This document shows positions 13,157 to 32,113 of a stretch of DNA of 64,000 bases, one piece after another. Position 1 is the first letter of the stretch. Each line of letters begins with the position of its first letter. Under the pieces are notes generated by a model. That model saw only the letters and a program-made list of their open reading frames with translations, did no database searches and was not told the DNA's origin. The translations under genes were made by a program, and so were the position numbers. The DNA is from Patellaria atrata CBS 101060 (Eukaryota), in NCBI GenBank assembly GCA_010093705.1, contig MU006099.1, forward strand, positions 372,001 through 436,000, given 5' to 3'.

Positions 13157-15519
13157 TGTGGGTGAAGTTCTACAGACAGATGTCAATACTATGATGAAAG
13201 GACTACGGTATTTGTCTGACGAGCTCTAGTAAAAAAGCTTATTAAAGGGATATCACCGATTCATCGGACGTGGTGGTACGGGCGAAATCTGTCTTACGGG
13301 CTGCCGTAGTGTGGCGGCTTTCGACTCCGCGGGTGGCTTGACATGTGGCCGATGCTGGGGTGGCGGAGAATTCTCCGCGTGCCTCAAAAGGCCTTACCAT
13401 AAAGTTAAGCCCAAGGGACCGTCGAAATACGGGAATTATCCCGGTGTTTGTGTCCGGAGCTCTGCTTTGAGATCTGAAGGTTTTTGAGGTGATATAAGGG
13501 GGGATCATGAACGGATTGTAGCGTATCATCTGTGCACGTCTGTGCCCGCGATAATTCTATAGATTTCTATCTACGAAATCTCCTACTAAACGTCCGATTT
13601 TAAATTTTTAAAGTAGTAGAATTTATTCTTCGCTGTAGAGAATACTATATCTCTTTTTAGATTCTTAAAATTCTGACGTCTAGATAGGTTTTACATGGAG
13701 TTAGTGTTTAGTTTCTGATTAGCAGCGCTACAATCTATTCATGAGTCCCTCTTGTATCAAGCTGCTGGATAAGGTACAGAAGTAGGGAAGGGAATAGAAG
13801 ATGGAAAGCCACTTTCGTCGCTCCCTCTTGACAAGAATCCGAATTACTTCATAGGCGCAGTTGCAAGCCATTTGCATCATTTTAACAAAATTCTAGAAGT
13901 TGAAGAGTTGAAGAAATGGTAATTGAGGTCGAGAAGATAAGTCGTAATCAGGCCACTTCCACCAGCGGACCTTTCTGTAAGGAGAAGCATGACGTCGCAC
14001 TTTGTCAAAAATAGTTGTAAACAATCATTGATGAATACGTCATTCATGGATTCTCCAGATTAGAGGAATTGGCAAGCTGCATATGCCCGTCTTTTCGCAA
14101 CATGGCTCCTCAGCTAAAAGACGTCAGAGGCGCCTCGAGAGACCCGATCTGTGTCGGCCCTGTTGGGAAAAACGGTTAACGGAGCTTGAGGCGCAGTCCG
14201 CGGCTCATTTACTAAGGTAGAGCTAGAAATATTCAGGGTCTCTACCTATCGAATATAAAGAATAATAATGTCATGGAAAAGAGCTGTAACTTTGGTATAT
14301 CTATAGGGCTGAATTTACAGTAACTTATTCAAACTCAATGAGAATATAATGTGGTAAATGAATAAAGTAACTGCCATACCATGAAGTTCTTACAGTATTT
14401 CTCCAAATTTCCCTTTTCCAAGAGACCAAGGTACCTAGAACCTGAGTAAGGGATGGTCAATATCGAAAACTGATGATGGCGGGATGCAGAATCTCAATTG
14501 TCCTCTTGGGCTTGTAAAGTATAGTACGTACCATCAAGTGTGGCTTGACTTTCACACCATTTTTTAAGGTTACAGTAACTTACCGTCCCAGACCATGACC
14601 TAGATCGTTTAATCAGACCATAACCATTTCAATACCATTTTGGATACCCTTAAGAGCGTCATCATACGTCGCAAAATTTGCCCGCAACTCTGATGACCAA
14701 CCCCACCGCCTTACAACTTCCAAGCTTCATCACCGTTCCATCGTACTTACCTTATTCTCTGAAGCGTAAGTTTGGCCTCGCAAATACAGTATTGGATAAG
14801 ACCGGGCTTTGTCAACCAGAAAGATACTCCCTGTCTGGCTTCCCCAGGTCCACCTCACCTTCGTCTAGGCTTGACCTAAAAAGTGATCTTCCTAATTAGG
14901 TCCCTGTGACTCCATGACCGGTGATCCGATACTACTCATATTTGCCTTCCTGCGAGCGACCACCTAACCTTAGAAATTCCTCTTCACTCCCAAAACATCA
15001 ATTTCTACACTCCTTATCCCTTTAGGACTTGCTTGCACATACAACGATTGAATAATTTGCGGGCGTTTCCTTTGATTTCCATAGACATCCGCCACCGAGC
15101 TTTTGCAACACATCAGACCCCCCCTCAGGAACACGAAGCTCCTTTCAAATCACGTCTTCTCATATCGTTTTGTAACCCACGTCTGGATATTTCGAGAAAC
15201 CACACTCAGACCATAGAACACATTTTGGCGCATAGCGCACCAAATATGCATTCAACAGACTAGTTGATTCTCACTATCCCTGGCCTTTGAATTTCCGCTA
15301 CATCACAGAGGGGCTGGTGAAGACTCTGAAGACTCCCCGCATTCGAAAGATACTCCTTCACCGTCTCTCCTCCTCCCATACCTGGTTGCACCGGATACTT
15401 TATATTCTTCTAGAACTTGTGGAGTACTTGACAAAGGTCCTTTAGGCACCGTTCGTGCAATTCCTATCAGGAAGATTCCGGCCGTATCACACAGGAGTCT
15501 GGATCAAGAGGTGGAGAAT

Positions 15520-18500
15520 ATGGTACCACCGGGTCCAAGAGAACAAGGGGAGGGAGGTGGAGGGGAAGAATCACAACAAGAAGCTGAGCAGAGTACTGTT
15601 CCAGGTGCAGGTTTGGAATCTCAAAGCACACCAATGGAGTCAGCAGCGGATTCGATTACACCTACTCCACAATCAGTCGCAGTGAACACCACAAGTACAC
15701 GGCAACGGGGACGGTCAATATCAAGTCCGCCGCCGGAAGAAACTCTGCAACTAAGCCCCTCAGCGACCGATCGGGTATTTCCTATCCGCAGTGTCATAAG
15801 TGTTAACCCTACGCCTACACCATCAATGCCACACCGACGCGACCATTCAGAAGGCTACTTCTATAGGCCTACACGACATTCCTACGGCTCCGATACTTCT
15901 CAGGGACGAGCATCTGCAAAGGGTAGTGTTGGGGCTCAGTCTCAAGGCAGAGGGAAAGGGGACGCACCTAAAAAGCCATCACCTACACTAAGACCAAATG
16001 CACCTAGACTTCCTGCTCAAGTCTTCAGTGATATTGCTTCTAGCAAATCCGCAACAGAAAGTGGGGACCAACCCGGCGACGCTCCTCCTTCGGTTGGGGA
16101 CGCTTCATCAGTGAAGAGCACTTTCAGTACTGGTGATGATGCTGGGGGTCTGTATACTGCGCGATTTAAGCATGTCATAACCGATGGAGGTCACATGGTA
16201 ATCACTGGAAGGGACGGTGATTCTTTACAGCGCTGTGAGGATGAACCAATTCATATACCGGGCGCTGTACAAGGATTCGGGCTTCTCATCGCTCTCAAGG
16301 AGGAGTCCGATGGAAAACTCGTCGTACGAATCGCCAGTGAAAATGCGAAGCGCATCATCGGGTACACGCCAAAGCAACTATTTGCACTGGATAGCTTTAC
16401 GGATATCTTGTCAGAAGAGCAGGCCGATAATCTTCTAGATCACGTTGATTTCATTCGAGAAGACGAGAACGACGTACAAGCAAACGGGCCAGAAATCTTT
16501 ACAATGTCCATTCGTCCTCCTAACCGACGTACCCAGAAACTTTGGTGTGCGATGCACACTAACGATAACAATCCAGATCTCGTAATCTGCGAGTTCGAGC
16601 TTGAAGATGACCCTCTGAATCCATTGGTCCCTTCCGCTGAGAACTCTCCAGAAGTACCGGAGGATACACTCAGTAGTAACCCGACCCAGGAAGAGTTGGC
16701 CGAAAGCACTGAAAACCTCAGTCGCCCATTACGGATACTTCGTAGCGCTAGGAGGCGGAAAGGGGAAGCTGCTGCTATGGAAGTATTCAATATTATGTCT
16801 CAAGTGCAGGAACAACTTGGCTCAGCCCCGAGTCTCGAAAAGTTCCTCAAAATATTAGTGGGTGTGGTCAAGGAGTTGACTGGATTTCATAGGGTTATGA
16901 TATATCAGTTCGATCAATCTTTCAACGGAAAAGTTGTGACTGAGCTCGTGGACCCTCGGGCAACGAAAGATCTTTTCAAAGGTCTCAACTTTCCAGCATC
17001 TGATATACCCAAACAAGCAAGAGAACTGTACAAAATTAATAAAGTCCGCTTGCTCTATGACCGGGATCAGGAGACGGCAAGATTGGTTTGTCGAACAGCT
17101 GAAGACCTGGAAACTCCATTAGATCTTACACATGCTTATCTCCGTGCAATGTCTCCTATTCATCTCAAGTACTTAGCTAATATGCATGTGCGATCATCCA
17201 TGTCTATTTCAGTCAACGCATTCAACGAACTTTGGGGCCTTATAGCATGTCACTCGTACGGACCAAAAGGCAGGCGCGTATCTTTTCCAATACGGAAGAT
17301 GTGTCGTCTAGTGGGTGATTCAGCGTCAAGAAACATTGAGCGGTTATCTTATGCCTCCAGGTTACAAGCTAGAAAACTTATAAACACAGTTCCAACTGAA
17401 GCAAATCCTTCTGGGTACATTATTGCTTCGTCAGAGGATCTTTTGAAGCTATTTAATGCTGATTTCGGCCTTTTATCTATCCGAGACGAGACGAAGATTC
17501 TCGGACATATCGAGCAGTCTCAGGAAGCGTTGGCTATGCTCGAGTACCTACGTATGCGGAAACTGACCTCTGTCGTTAACTCCCATGATATAGCCGGCGA
17601 CTTCCCTGATCTAAAATATCCTCCAGGTTTCAAAGAGATTGCTGGGATGCTTTTCGTTCCTCTCTCCGTAGGTGGTTTAGATTTTATCGTCTTCTTCCGC
17701 AAAGGCCAACTAAAAAAGGTCAAATGGGCCGGTAACCCTTATGAAAAATTTATTAGGGAAGGCACTGAAAGTTATTTGGAACCCAGGAAGAGTTTCAAGA
17801 CTTGGAGTGAGATTGTGGTAGGAAAATCCCGTGAATGGACTGAAGAAGAGATAGAAACAGCTGCTGTACTCTGTCTAGTATATGGCAAGTTCATAGAAGT
17901 CTGGAGACAGAAAGAGGCGGTTATCCAGAGTACAGAGCTTACGAGACTGTTACTTGCGAACTCGGCCCATGAAGTACGAACACCTCTGAATGCAATTATC
18001 AACTACCTAGAAATCGCACTGGAAGGCTCCCTTGACATGGAGACAAGAGAGAACCTTGCCAAGTCGCATTCCGCTTCGAAATCTCTGATATATGTTATCA
18101 ATGATCTTTTGGATCTCACCAAAACGGAAGAAGGGGGAGAACTCGTCAAAGGGGAAGTCTTCGACTTGAGAGCCACACTCAAAGAGGCAACTGATATGTT
18201 CGTCCAGGACGCTAAGCGCAAAGGTATCGAATATTCTGTTAAGGAACACGAAGGACTTCCCCAATCGGTCATTGGCGATCAAAGAAAAGTACGGCAGGCA
18301 ATTTCGAATATTGTGGCAAACGCAATCCAACATACACTTACAGGTTCCGTCGCTGTGGAAATGTACTGCGTTTCTTGGAACGATCGACACGTCGAAGTGG
18401 AGCTCGCCGTGCAAGATACCGGAAAAGGCATGAATACTCGCCAGACCGATTCATTATTCCGAGACCTTGAGCAGGTGCAGTCAGAAGCTAATCTGCTGGA

Positions 18501-20086
18501 TCGATCTGCTCCCAAACCCCTCCCGGAAAAAGGGAAAGAAGCAGGAGCCCGTACCCTGGGCCTTGGTTTGGCAGTTGTGGCTAGGATTGTTCGTAACATG
18601 AATGGACAGTTACGCCTGAAATCCGAGGAAGGAAAAGGTTCTCGCTTCATTATCCAGTTTCCTTTCGATTTACCAGAAGGCGAAGAAGATCGCGAAGGCG
18701 AAACAAGCGTTCCCAGCTCCTCTCATGCCTCGATCGCACCGCAACCACCTGAGGCTGAGGGTGAAGTTACCCTCATAGCTCGGGACGAAGAAAGGAGCAC
18801 GCCTTCAAAACTAACACGGAGAGAAAGCGGCGATAGCCTCGAAAGCAGAAATAGTCTACGAAGTAACAAGAGCAGTGCTGCCGCCAGCGCCCACAGTGCT
18901 AAAAGCGACCTCAATCGCTTGATTGGAGCTATGCAGGAGACTTATGGCTCTGAAGTGAATCTACACCCTTCCCCGCGAAGTAGCTGGAGCGCAAAATCGC
19001 ATAAGCCGAGACTCGAGCGACGGCTTAGCCATGGAGCTGGTCTTCATTCGTCCCCGATACGAACGCGTGCGAGAAGTGTTGGAAATGCCTCCGCGGATCA
19101 ACCGCCATATGAAAGATCGACGAAACCGATGACGCCCGGGTTAGTGGAAATTAACTCTCAGGGCGTACCCCTGACGGCGGTCAAGATGCCGGATGATGGA
19201 TATTTCGAAAGAAAAAAACCCCTCGCAACGAGCTCTTCGGTGTTGGGAGAGGTGGAAGAACGCGCGGACCACATGATCGAAGCGACGAGTTTCGAGCACA
19301 TGCATGTCCTCGTTGCGGAGGACGATCCGGTGAATTCCAGGATCATGAGGAAGAGGCTTGAGAAAGCGGGGCACGAGCCGTACGTTACGAGTAACGGCGA
19401 GGAGTGCGCGACTATATATGCGGAGAAATCGGGGCTGTTTGATGTCGTGTTGATGGATATTCAGGTGAGTTTATCGTCCTGAGGAGGGATAACTCCTTCC
19501 TCTTCCTCTTTCCCTGGATATCAAGCGCGAGAATTGCTTGCTGATGAGGATATATGTACGCCAGATGCCAATCGTAGACGGCCTAACATCCACCCGTATG
19601 ATCCGCACCCTCGAAACCTCAACACCGCCGCCGCGCCTCTCGACGCGCGCTTCGCTCAACGGTCGCGTCCCCATCATCGCTGTCTCCGCCACCCTCGTCG
19701 AAAAAGATAGACAGATGTATATAGACGCCGGCTTCGACGGGTGGATCCTCAAGCCGGTCTCGTTCCCGCGGCTCGCGGAGCTGATGAGGGGGATTGTTGA
19801 TAAAGGGATGAGGGAGGAGAGTGTGTATAGTGGCGGGGATTGGGAGAAAGGGGGATGGTTTCATAGGGGGAAGAAGAGTGGAAGTGACGTTGATACTGGC
19901 CTGGTGGGGGGGATACCGGGTTTGCCCGATCGAGATGATAATGGGCCTTTGGAGGAGGCGAGGAGGGTTGGGGAGATGAGGGAGAGTGTGGATGCCGCGG
20001 AGACGAAGAGGGAGGAGGGTCTGAGGGATGTGGATGATGACGAGGTGGGAGAGAAGACGCCGGTGATGAGTCCGGAGCCGATATGA
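15520..20086 (+). CDS. fphA: Fungal phytochrome (PAS-GAF-PHY-HisKA-HATPase-REC hybrid histidine kinase), ~1488 aa; exons 15520-19464, 19565-20086
   Basis: Bilin-binding Cys context RCEDEPIHIPGAVQ, GAF motifs FPASDIP and LRAMSPIHLKYLANM, PHY tongue LEPRKSF, H-box SAHEVRTPLNAI, N/G boxes (NAIQHT, DTGKG, GLGLAVV). The receiver DVVLMDIQ|MP is joined by a 100-nt GTGAGT..CAG intron. Confidence 0.96.
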
Positions 20087-21802
20087 GGTCCGTCTCTATG
20101 ACGATGGCGCATTTTCACCGTTGCGGTATCCAGTGCTGCATACTCGATACCCCGATACCAGTTTCATGATTTACGACTCCGGTTCACGCGTTCGGCTCAT
20201 GATTACTAGGCGTCTCCCCACAAACTGGAATCGAGCAGTGTTCTTCGCGCAAGAGGATGTTCCATGGCGTTTTCATCATGCATGCGGGGAGAAGAGGATG
20301 ACTTTTATGGCGTTTGCGGTTGGGAGTTTTTGGTTTGGGATGGGGACGGGATCGATATCCTCCTACGCTTTCACGACATTTGCATATCTTTCTTATGGAG
20401 ATGGCATTGTGGGGTTCAAAACCAATCTCACTGTGCATGATTAGATGGAGATGGTGTTTATTGTTGAAGTGAAAGAATAGGAATAGGATAGATGGGATGT
20501 AGAGTCAAATGGCATGTGGGGAGTCAGTAGGAAGACACAGTACCGTAAGCCGATGTCGGTCACGATCGTCTCCCGCTTGTACAGTACATTAGGTTGTACT
20601 ATTTCAAGTTCAAGTCAAGTGAAATGAAGAGAGGAGGGGAGATATCTCCGACCAGCTCAGAGAGAATCTCACAGTAGAGTTTAGAGTAGAAAATCAAAAA
20701 TAAAATACGTTTGTTCTAAGGTACTTTTTTATTATTATTTTTTTTATTCTTTTATTCTTTTATTCATTTATTTTTTTATCTCTTCATTTTTTTCATTTTT
20801 TATTTCTTTTTTTGGGAGCGGGGATGTGTGATCTATGACCGAACTGTCATATCTCGGCGCGGATATAGAACTTTGGTCATAAAATTGCAGAGTAGTGGAA
20901 TTACCTATTATTGAGGTGAGGTCTGGGAATGAGGTTGAGGGTATGGCGATGGCGTCATACCAAGAGGTCGACTCGGAAAATAAGGTATCATTGAAATTAG
21001 CGATCCTCGAATTGGATAGTGATCGGCGGGACGGGCGACGTGGGGATCGTGAACCATAAAACCATCAAATTGGAAATTGAAAATGGAAAATAGGGCATAC
21101 GAAGAAAGGGGGTTTGGTTCAGATGAATGTATACCTATTTGTCTGGTCCTGGAGGGTCAGGGGAGTCTTCCGTGCTGTACAGTACCAGTATAAATATTGG
21201 GTTATTGATGAAGCGGGAGGATCGGTTCTGAGGTGACGATGCTACATGCATAGTTTTACCTCTTCCTCGAGAGGGAAGTTTGGAGTTCGGCTCACGGGAA
21301 TGTAGATTGTTTATTCTTCTTGCAGACGTTCAGTCAAATGAGGAGAGAAATGTTACGAGCTACGGTAACCTTTAGTTCTAATTGAGCCTAGGTAAAATCC
21401 GGACCAGTTCTGAACCCCTTGCCTATCTTCGGAAAATAGTATTCAAATCACGAGGGTGTCAGAATGAGGGTTATGATTGATACTATAGATCTTCATGACA
21501 TCATCGTAGCCGATTTAAAGGCTTGATATCAAGGATGGGCGATACGCCTCGTAAGAGAGGGGTTTATGAATTGCGATGGGGATTAGGTTGGACATTGCGC
21601 TCGCATGATTGGCGTGAGCGGCAGCGGGTTCGGTTGGAGCTAGGCGAGGGCGGGTGGTGCCGGATCCTTTCGGTTATGAGTTGAGATCGGAGTTCGGAAG
21701 GGGCACGGGAGAAATTGATAAGCTGTGCCGTGTTGACGGTAGATTGGAAACGCTATGTTCACTTTCTGGATTTTGGCAGTTACAAGGAAAAGCTGATTGC
21801 TG

Positions 21803-21842
21803 GCTTTGCTTTGCTTTGCTTTGCTTTGCTTTGCTTTGCTTT
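21803..21842 (+). repeat. (GCTTT)8 microsatellite
   Basis: Directly visible perfect pentanucleotide tandem repeat. Confidence 0.95.
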
Positions 21843-22226
21843 TTACCTTTCATAGAGCTGGGAACTGGGAATAAAAGGTAGAGACCAACTGCGAGGCGAC
21901 CGTGTAAGAAGTAGGTGCTAAACGAGTGATTGGATGGACGGCTCGGAGATTTTAGGTGGGGGATCAGAACTTGGAAGAGACGGGTGGGAGGGAGGAAAGA
22001 TTTAACGTATAGAGTGGACGGGAGGTGTGGTAGAAAGACGGGACGGAACGAGGAGAAACGTGATGGGTTGGTTGGTTAGTTGACATCTTGATTCGAAGTT
22101 GGTTAGAAGCAACTGGACAGACCTTGGAAGTTGGAAAAGGGTGGTGGAAATATGATGTTGGACCCATCTGAGACATTCTGAAAAGATGGGACGATTCTTT
22201 GGAGATTGTGGGGAAATACAATCAGC

Positions 22227-22697
22227 TTACTGTTCCTCCTGGTGTTTATTGAGATACAGTAAAATACGCTCCCCTTCCCTGCGAGGGGCTTTCGTTAGGA
22301 CGTTTGAGATGATTTCACTGCGCTGATGCTGTGCTCACTCCTTCTGGTTATCTCCCGTTGTCAGTCGTTTGATGTTGGATAACGAGAGATACTGGCGACA
22401 AGGAGTTGATGTTGCGGTGGCGGCATGTCTAGACGGTCTCCCGCTCCCGATGATGGCTCGCTGCCGTGCGAAATTGGCATAGGGATCGTCATTTGAAACG
22501 GCGCCTTGGAAGCGTTTCCAGGTTGACGGGATTTCGTATCTAAACTCTTTTGTTGTTTTCGACCGTTGGACGGGCGCTTGGAGGAGAGGGGGGATAGGAT
22601 ATACAAGGGTGGGGAGAGAAGGGTGGTGTGGAGATTTTGGGGTAGATGGGAGGGGGGTGGCTGGATGAAGCGTTTTGAATATCTGCTGTACTGCCAT
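22227..22697 (-). CDS. Hypothetical small spliced protein (exons 22697-22339, 22278-22227; may continue via a GTAAGC donor at 22230)
   Basis: The ATG ORF ends at a GTGAGC donor, followed by a CCTAAC branch site and CGCAG acceptor (60-nt intron) that keeps frame (..NQKE|EGERILLYLNKHQEEQ). No recognisable domain. Confidence 0.4.
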
Positions 22698-24184
22698 GAC
22701 TGTAGACTAGAACTATAAGGTGGTAAGTATACAGTCTTGTACCATCAATTGTGACGTTTGAGACTTGATTTGAGCTTCTGTTTCACATTCGTCATGTTAG
22801 ATGTTAGATGTTAGGGAAAGTTTGTAAGACTGTGTTTTCTTTGTCATTTATGTTAACCCTCCTTGGCTGTTGTTGTTCTCTGTCTCGGTTATTCTCGCCT
22901 TTTCGCCTTTGCCGTTTTGCCTTCTGTCTTTCACCAAGGCCACTCTTCCTTTCGTGAGGCATCATCAGGCTCATCCCGTTTCTTCCATTAAATGATGAAG
23001 GATTTGTTCCACCCTATCAGCTTTGTCCAAGTAAAGTGGATTGGCTAGGCGCATTTGCATCTCTTTTAGTACAAATACGGATTTTGATGTTGTAAAGCCG
23101 CCCGTCTTCTGGAAGGGATTTCCATGCGATCTTTAGAAGAAGGGTATGTTCTTTTATGACAATATTGCGTCTACCATCCGAATTTACTTTTTTCTTCCGA
23201 TTGTCAATATTTATTGTTTGCATACGACTACTGCTGCTTGACTAAGGTAGTCGGTGCCCAATGATAGCGAAGGAGAGGCGCGGAGTAGGGCAAAGGAAAG
23301 GGTTTCGAGAAGTTCTAGCGTTACTACCAATCGATCACCAGGTGTTTGGGTTGTTTGTAACATGTTCAATGGTTTGGTAGGCACAGTTCAAATATTATTT
23401 GGATATTAAGTGTTTATATAGACAATCTTTTGATAGAAATAAACGCGCGACAGTTGAAAAAAAAAAATTGAAAAAAATGAAAAAAATGAAAAAAATGAAA
23501 AGCAAGAAAAGGGTTGACAGTAAGGAAGAAGCGGGTTTGGCCCAACTGTGGTGCTGTCAAGTCTCTCTTTGGACGGTGGGTGCATTCGGTGCCCATAGCC
23601 ATACCTAGTTCGCTGTCGCTGGGCTGCCGGATGATCCACACAAATGGCCCGTCAAAGTCCCAAAAGTCACTGCAAGTCCCTCCAAATCCCTCCAAGTGCC
23701 CCAATTCGAATCTGTCACCAAGCGCTGGTCCCAATCTTTCTCCACCATCCAAAGCACCAAGCAACAAGCCGACAACGGTCTGTCTCTCTGTCACCCTCTT
23801 GCTTGATTTCTTATTCCTAAACCTTACCCTTTCCCTGTATACTTCGAACAACCTCTCTTCGAATCAGATTCGATTATCCGCTTGCTGCTTGCTGCCTTGC
23901 TCTCGCTTCAACATAGTAACCCGCCTCTCCGCAAGGTTCACACGTCCCATCCGATTCTGCTCCCTCTTGCAGCTCCCTCTGGACTTGCAGGAAGTACTGA
24001 GTAACGTGGCTGAAGCTGCTTGTTAATTCTTTCGCACCGCTATTCTGGGCCGGCCCGACCTTGAAGGGCTTCGTGTCAAACCAAAGCAGTCAAATCGATC
24101 AAATCAAACAGTCGCGCGCTGCCAAAAGAGGGTCCCGTACGTGGGTTGTCCTCTTTCCAGCGCCTCACCTTCACCATTCAACTC

Positions 24185-27184
<3,000 letters not shown>

Positions 27185-27481
27185 GATGTCTTCTTCAGAG
27201 AAGACATTTTCCGTACATACTACTACACTATGTTGTGACTATCATTGGATAGCCGCATGGCAACTTTTGCCATTTTTCCAGCAGATTAGGGCTTCTGCAG
27301 GATTGGAAAATCCGCTCAAGATAAGTCGCTGGTCCATGTCGATTCGAATTTTACATCCAGTTACCAAAAACGTTTAACCTGCGCGACTCTTATGGCTAGG
27401 CGTCTTTATCAGAATCAGGTTTGGAGTTGCTTTACTCAAATGGTACAATAACCCGGACATTCACAGTCCACAATTATTTCA

Positions 27482-28460
27482 NNNNNNNNNNNNNNNNNNN
27501 NNNNNNNNNNNNNNNNNNNNNNNNNNNNNNNNNNNNNNNNNNNNNNNNNNNNNNNNNNNNNNNNNNNNNNNNNNNNNNNNNNNNNNNNNNNNNNNNNNNN
27601 NNNNNNNNNNNNNNNNNNNNNNNNNNNNNNNNNNNNNNNNNNNNNNNNNNNNNNNNNNNNNNNNNNNNNNNNNNNNNNNNNNNNNNNNNNNNNNNNNNNN
27701 NNNNNNNNNNNNNNNNNNNNNNNNNNNNNNNNNNNNNNNNNNNNNNNNNNNNNNNNNNNNNNNNNNNNNNNNNNNNNNNNNNNNNNNNNNNNNNNNNNNN
27801 NNNNNNNNNNNNNNNNNNNNNNNNNNNNNNNNNNNNNNNNNNNNNNNNNNNNNNNNNNNNNNNNNNNNNNNNNNNNNNNNNNNNNNNNNNNNNNNNNNNN
27901 NNNNNNNNNNNNNNNNNNNNNNNNNNNNNNNNNNNNNNNNNNNNNNNNNNNNNNNNNNNNNNNNNNNNNNNNNNNNNNNNNNNNNNNNNNNNNNNNNNNN
28001 NNNNNNNNNNNNNNNNNNNNNNNNNNNNNNNNNNNNNNNNNNNNNNNNNNNNNNNNNNNNNNNNNNNNNNNNNNNNNNNNNNNNNNNNNNNNNNNNNNNN
28101 NNNNNNNNNNNNNNNNNNNNNNNNNNNNNNNNNNNNNNNNNNNNNNNNNNNNNNNNNNNNNNNNNNNNNNNNNNNNNNNNNNNNNNNNNNNNNNNNNNNN
28201 NNNNNNNNNNNNNNNNNNNNNNNNNNNNNNNNNNNNNNNNNNNNNNNNNNNNNNNNNNNNNNNNNNNNNNNNNNNNNNNNNNNNNNNNNNNNNNNNNNNN
28301 NNNNNNNNNNNNNNNNNNNNNNNNNNNNNNNNNNNNNNNNNNNNNNNNNNNNNNNNNNNNNNNNNNNNNNNNNNNNNNNNNNNNNNNNNNNNNNNNNNNN
28401 NNNNNNNNNNNNNNNNNNNNNNNNNNNNNNNNNNNNNNNNNNNNNNNNNNNNNNNNNNNN
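27482..28460. other. Assembly gap (N run); probably hides the HSE1 promoter and first exon
   Basis: Run of N; HSE1 coding sequence resumes at a splice acceptor just after it. Confidence 0.99.
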
Positions 28461-28567
28461 NATCGAAAGCTATGGAAGTTGTACGCCACCAAGCTTAGGT
28501 CGTCGCCGGAACAAAATGCTCCAAGAAGTTCTTGATGGAGAGTTCTGGACGCTAACTTTTTGAATAG

Positions 28568-30817
<2,250 letters not shown>

Positions 30818-31104
30818 AAGACTAGGGGGGATAGGGGGGAGTGGGAAGGCGGGTTTTTAGTGGAGTGGAAAGGAGGGGTTACGTAGCGTGGTGAGTGAGT
30901 GAAGGGGGAATGGGAAATGGGAAATAAGTCGTCGTTTAGATTGACTGTTGTATGTGCCCTGTATACGGTAGACTGGGGATATATGAATGCGATTCATGTT
31001 GATTGTACGACGTACACACGTATTTGTTGCGTCAGCGGTGAGGAACACCACACCGTCTCTTGCGTCATAGGGGTGGGTATATAACCCTCGCTTTCCCCTG
31101 CCTT

Positions 31105-31105
<1 letters not shown>

Positions 31106-31144
<39 letters not shown>
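31106..31144 (+). repeat. Poly-C homopolymer (~39 nt) followed by AACCCCC units
   Basis: Directly visible. Confidence 0.9.
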
Positions 31145-31146
<2 letters not shown>

Positions 31147-32113
31147 CCCCCAACCCCCCTCAATCGCGTGTCTTTCCGAGACAGTATCTGGAATACGATA
31201 TAGTAATATATAGGACACGTTCACACTCCACAATAATTCGATAAATGCAAGGTGGCACTTCGCTATGGTTCTGGTGGGGAGAGAAAATAGTAGAAGGGGG
31301 AGTGGTTGGTGGTTATATAATCCGGATATCTGGTTTGTTGAAGTGGGCATGTCTGGTGGTCTGGTCATCTGTGGAGTGTGAAGTATAGTATGTGACATGT
31401 GTCAGACCGTTCCGTCGGCCATTGGTTACGTGGTCATATGGTATCGCTCCATGTGGTGGGCAGGTGGTATGGATAGGTGATAGGGTCTGGGATAGGATAG
31501 GGGATAGGGGTATAAGTCCTTCCTCCCCTCTCTTCTCTCTTCTTTCGTTTTCCCTTTGCGCAATGAAAAGATGGTTGACCCTACCTTATTTCTCAGTCGA
31601 CAGAATCGATTTCCTATTGGGAGGGAGGAGTTACACAATGGGGTCCTAGGATTTGTTTAAACGAAGTCATTGTCGGGAGAGTGTGTGGGACGCGCGATAA
31701 TAACACCACTTATTGGAAGAGGGTCGGAAGAGGTTTAGGGGATGAAGTTCGAGGATTGAAACTTGGGAGTTCGCATTTGGGAGTTAGGTGTAGTGTAATA
31801 GTTGTGAACGGCCTCTAGTAATTGTGTTCTAAGTATCTAGTCCAGATGCTATCTACAATCAAGATGAAGAAGAAGAGAAAAGTCTGAGAGGGTAGGTTTG
31901 AGGGAAATATTACTGGCTGATCTTCGGATGCAGGGCATCCCATACCACTAGGCTCTAGCCTGTTACAATAGTCGAGATCATGATGATATTCACCAGCGAG
32001 CTCTAGTGATCATCCCAAGGATCAGGTGAGGATAGTAGGGAGCACTATCATAACTCCTCAATCCTGTCCTGACTTATTGAAGTATGGGTCCTTTGGTGGA
32101 TCTATCAGCTATC

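Noticed and set aside
23399..24026. ORFs upstream of STE20 (e.g. 170 aa at 23514)
   Set aside because: Mostly non-ATG starts in low-complexity promoter/5' UTR sequence with A-rich repeats; no domain signal.
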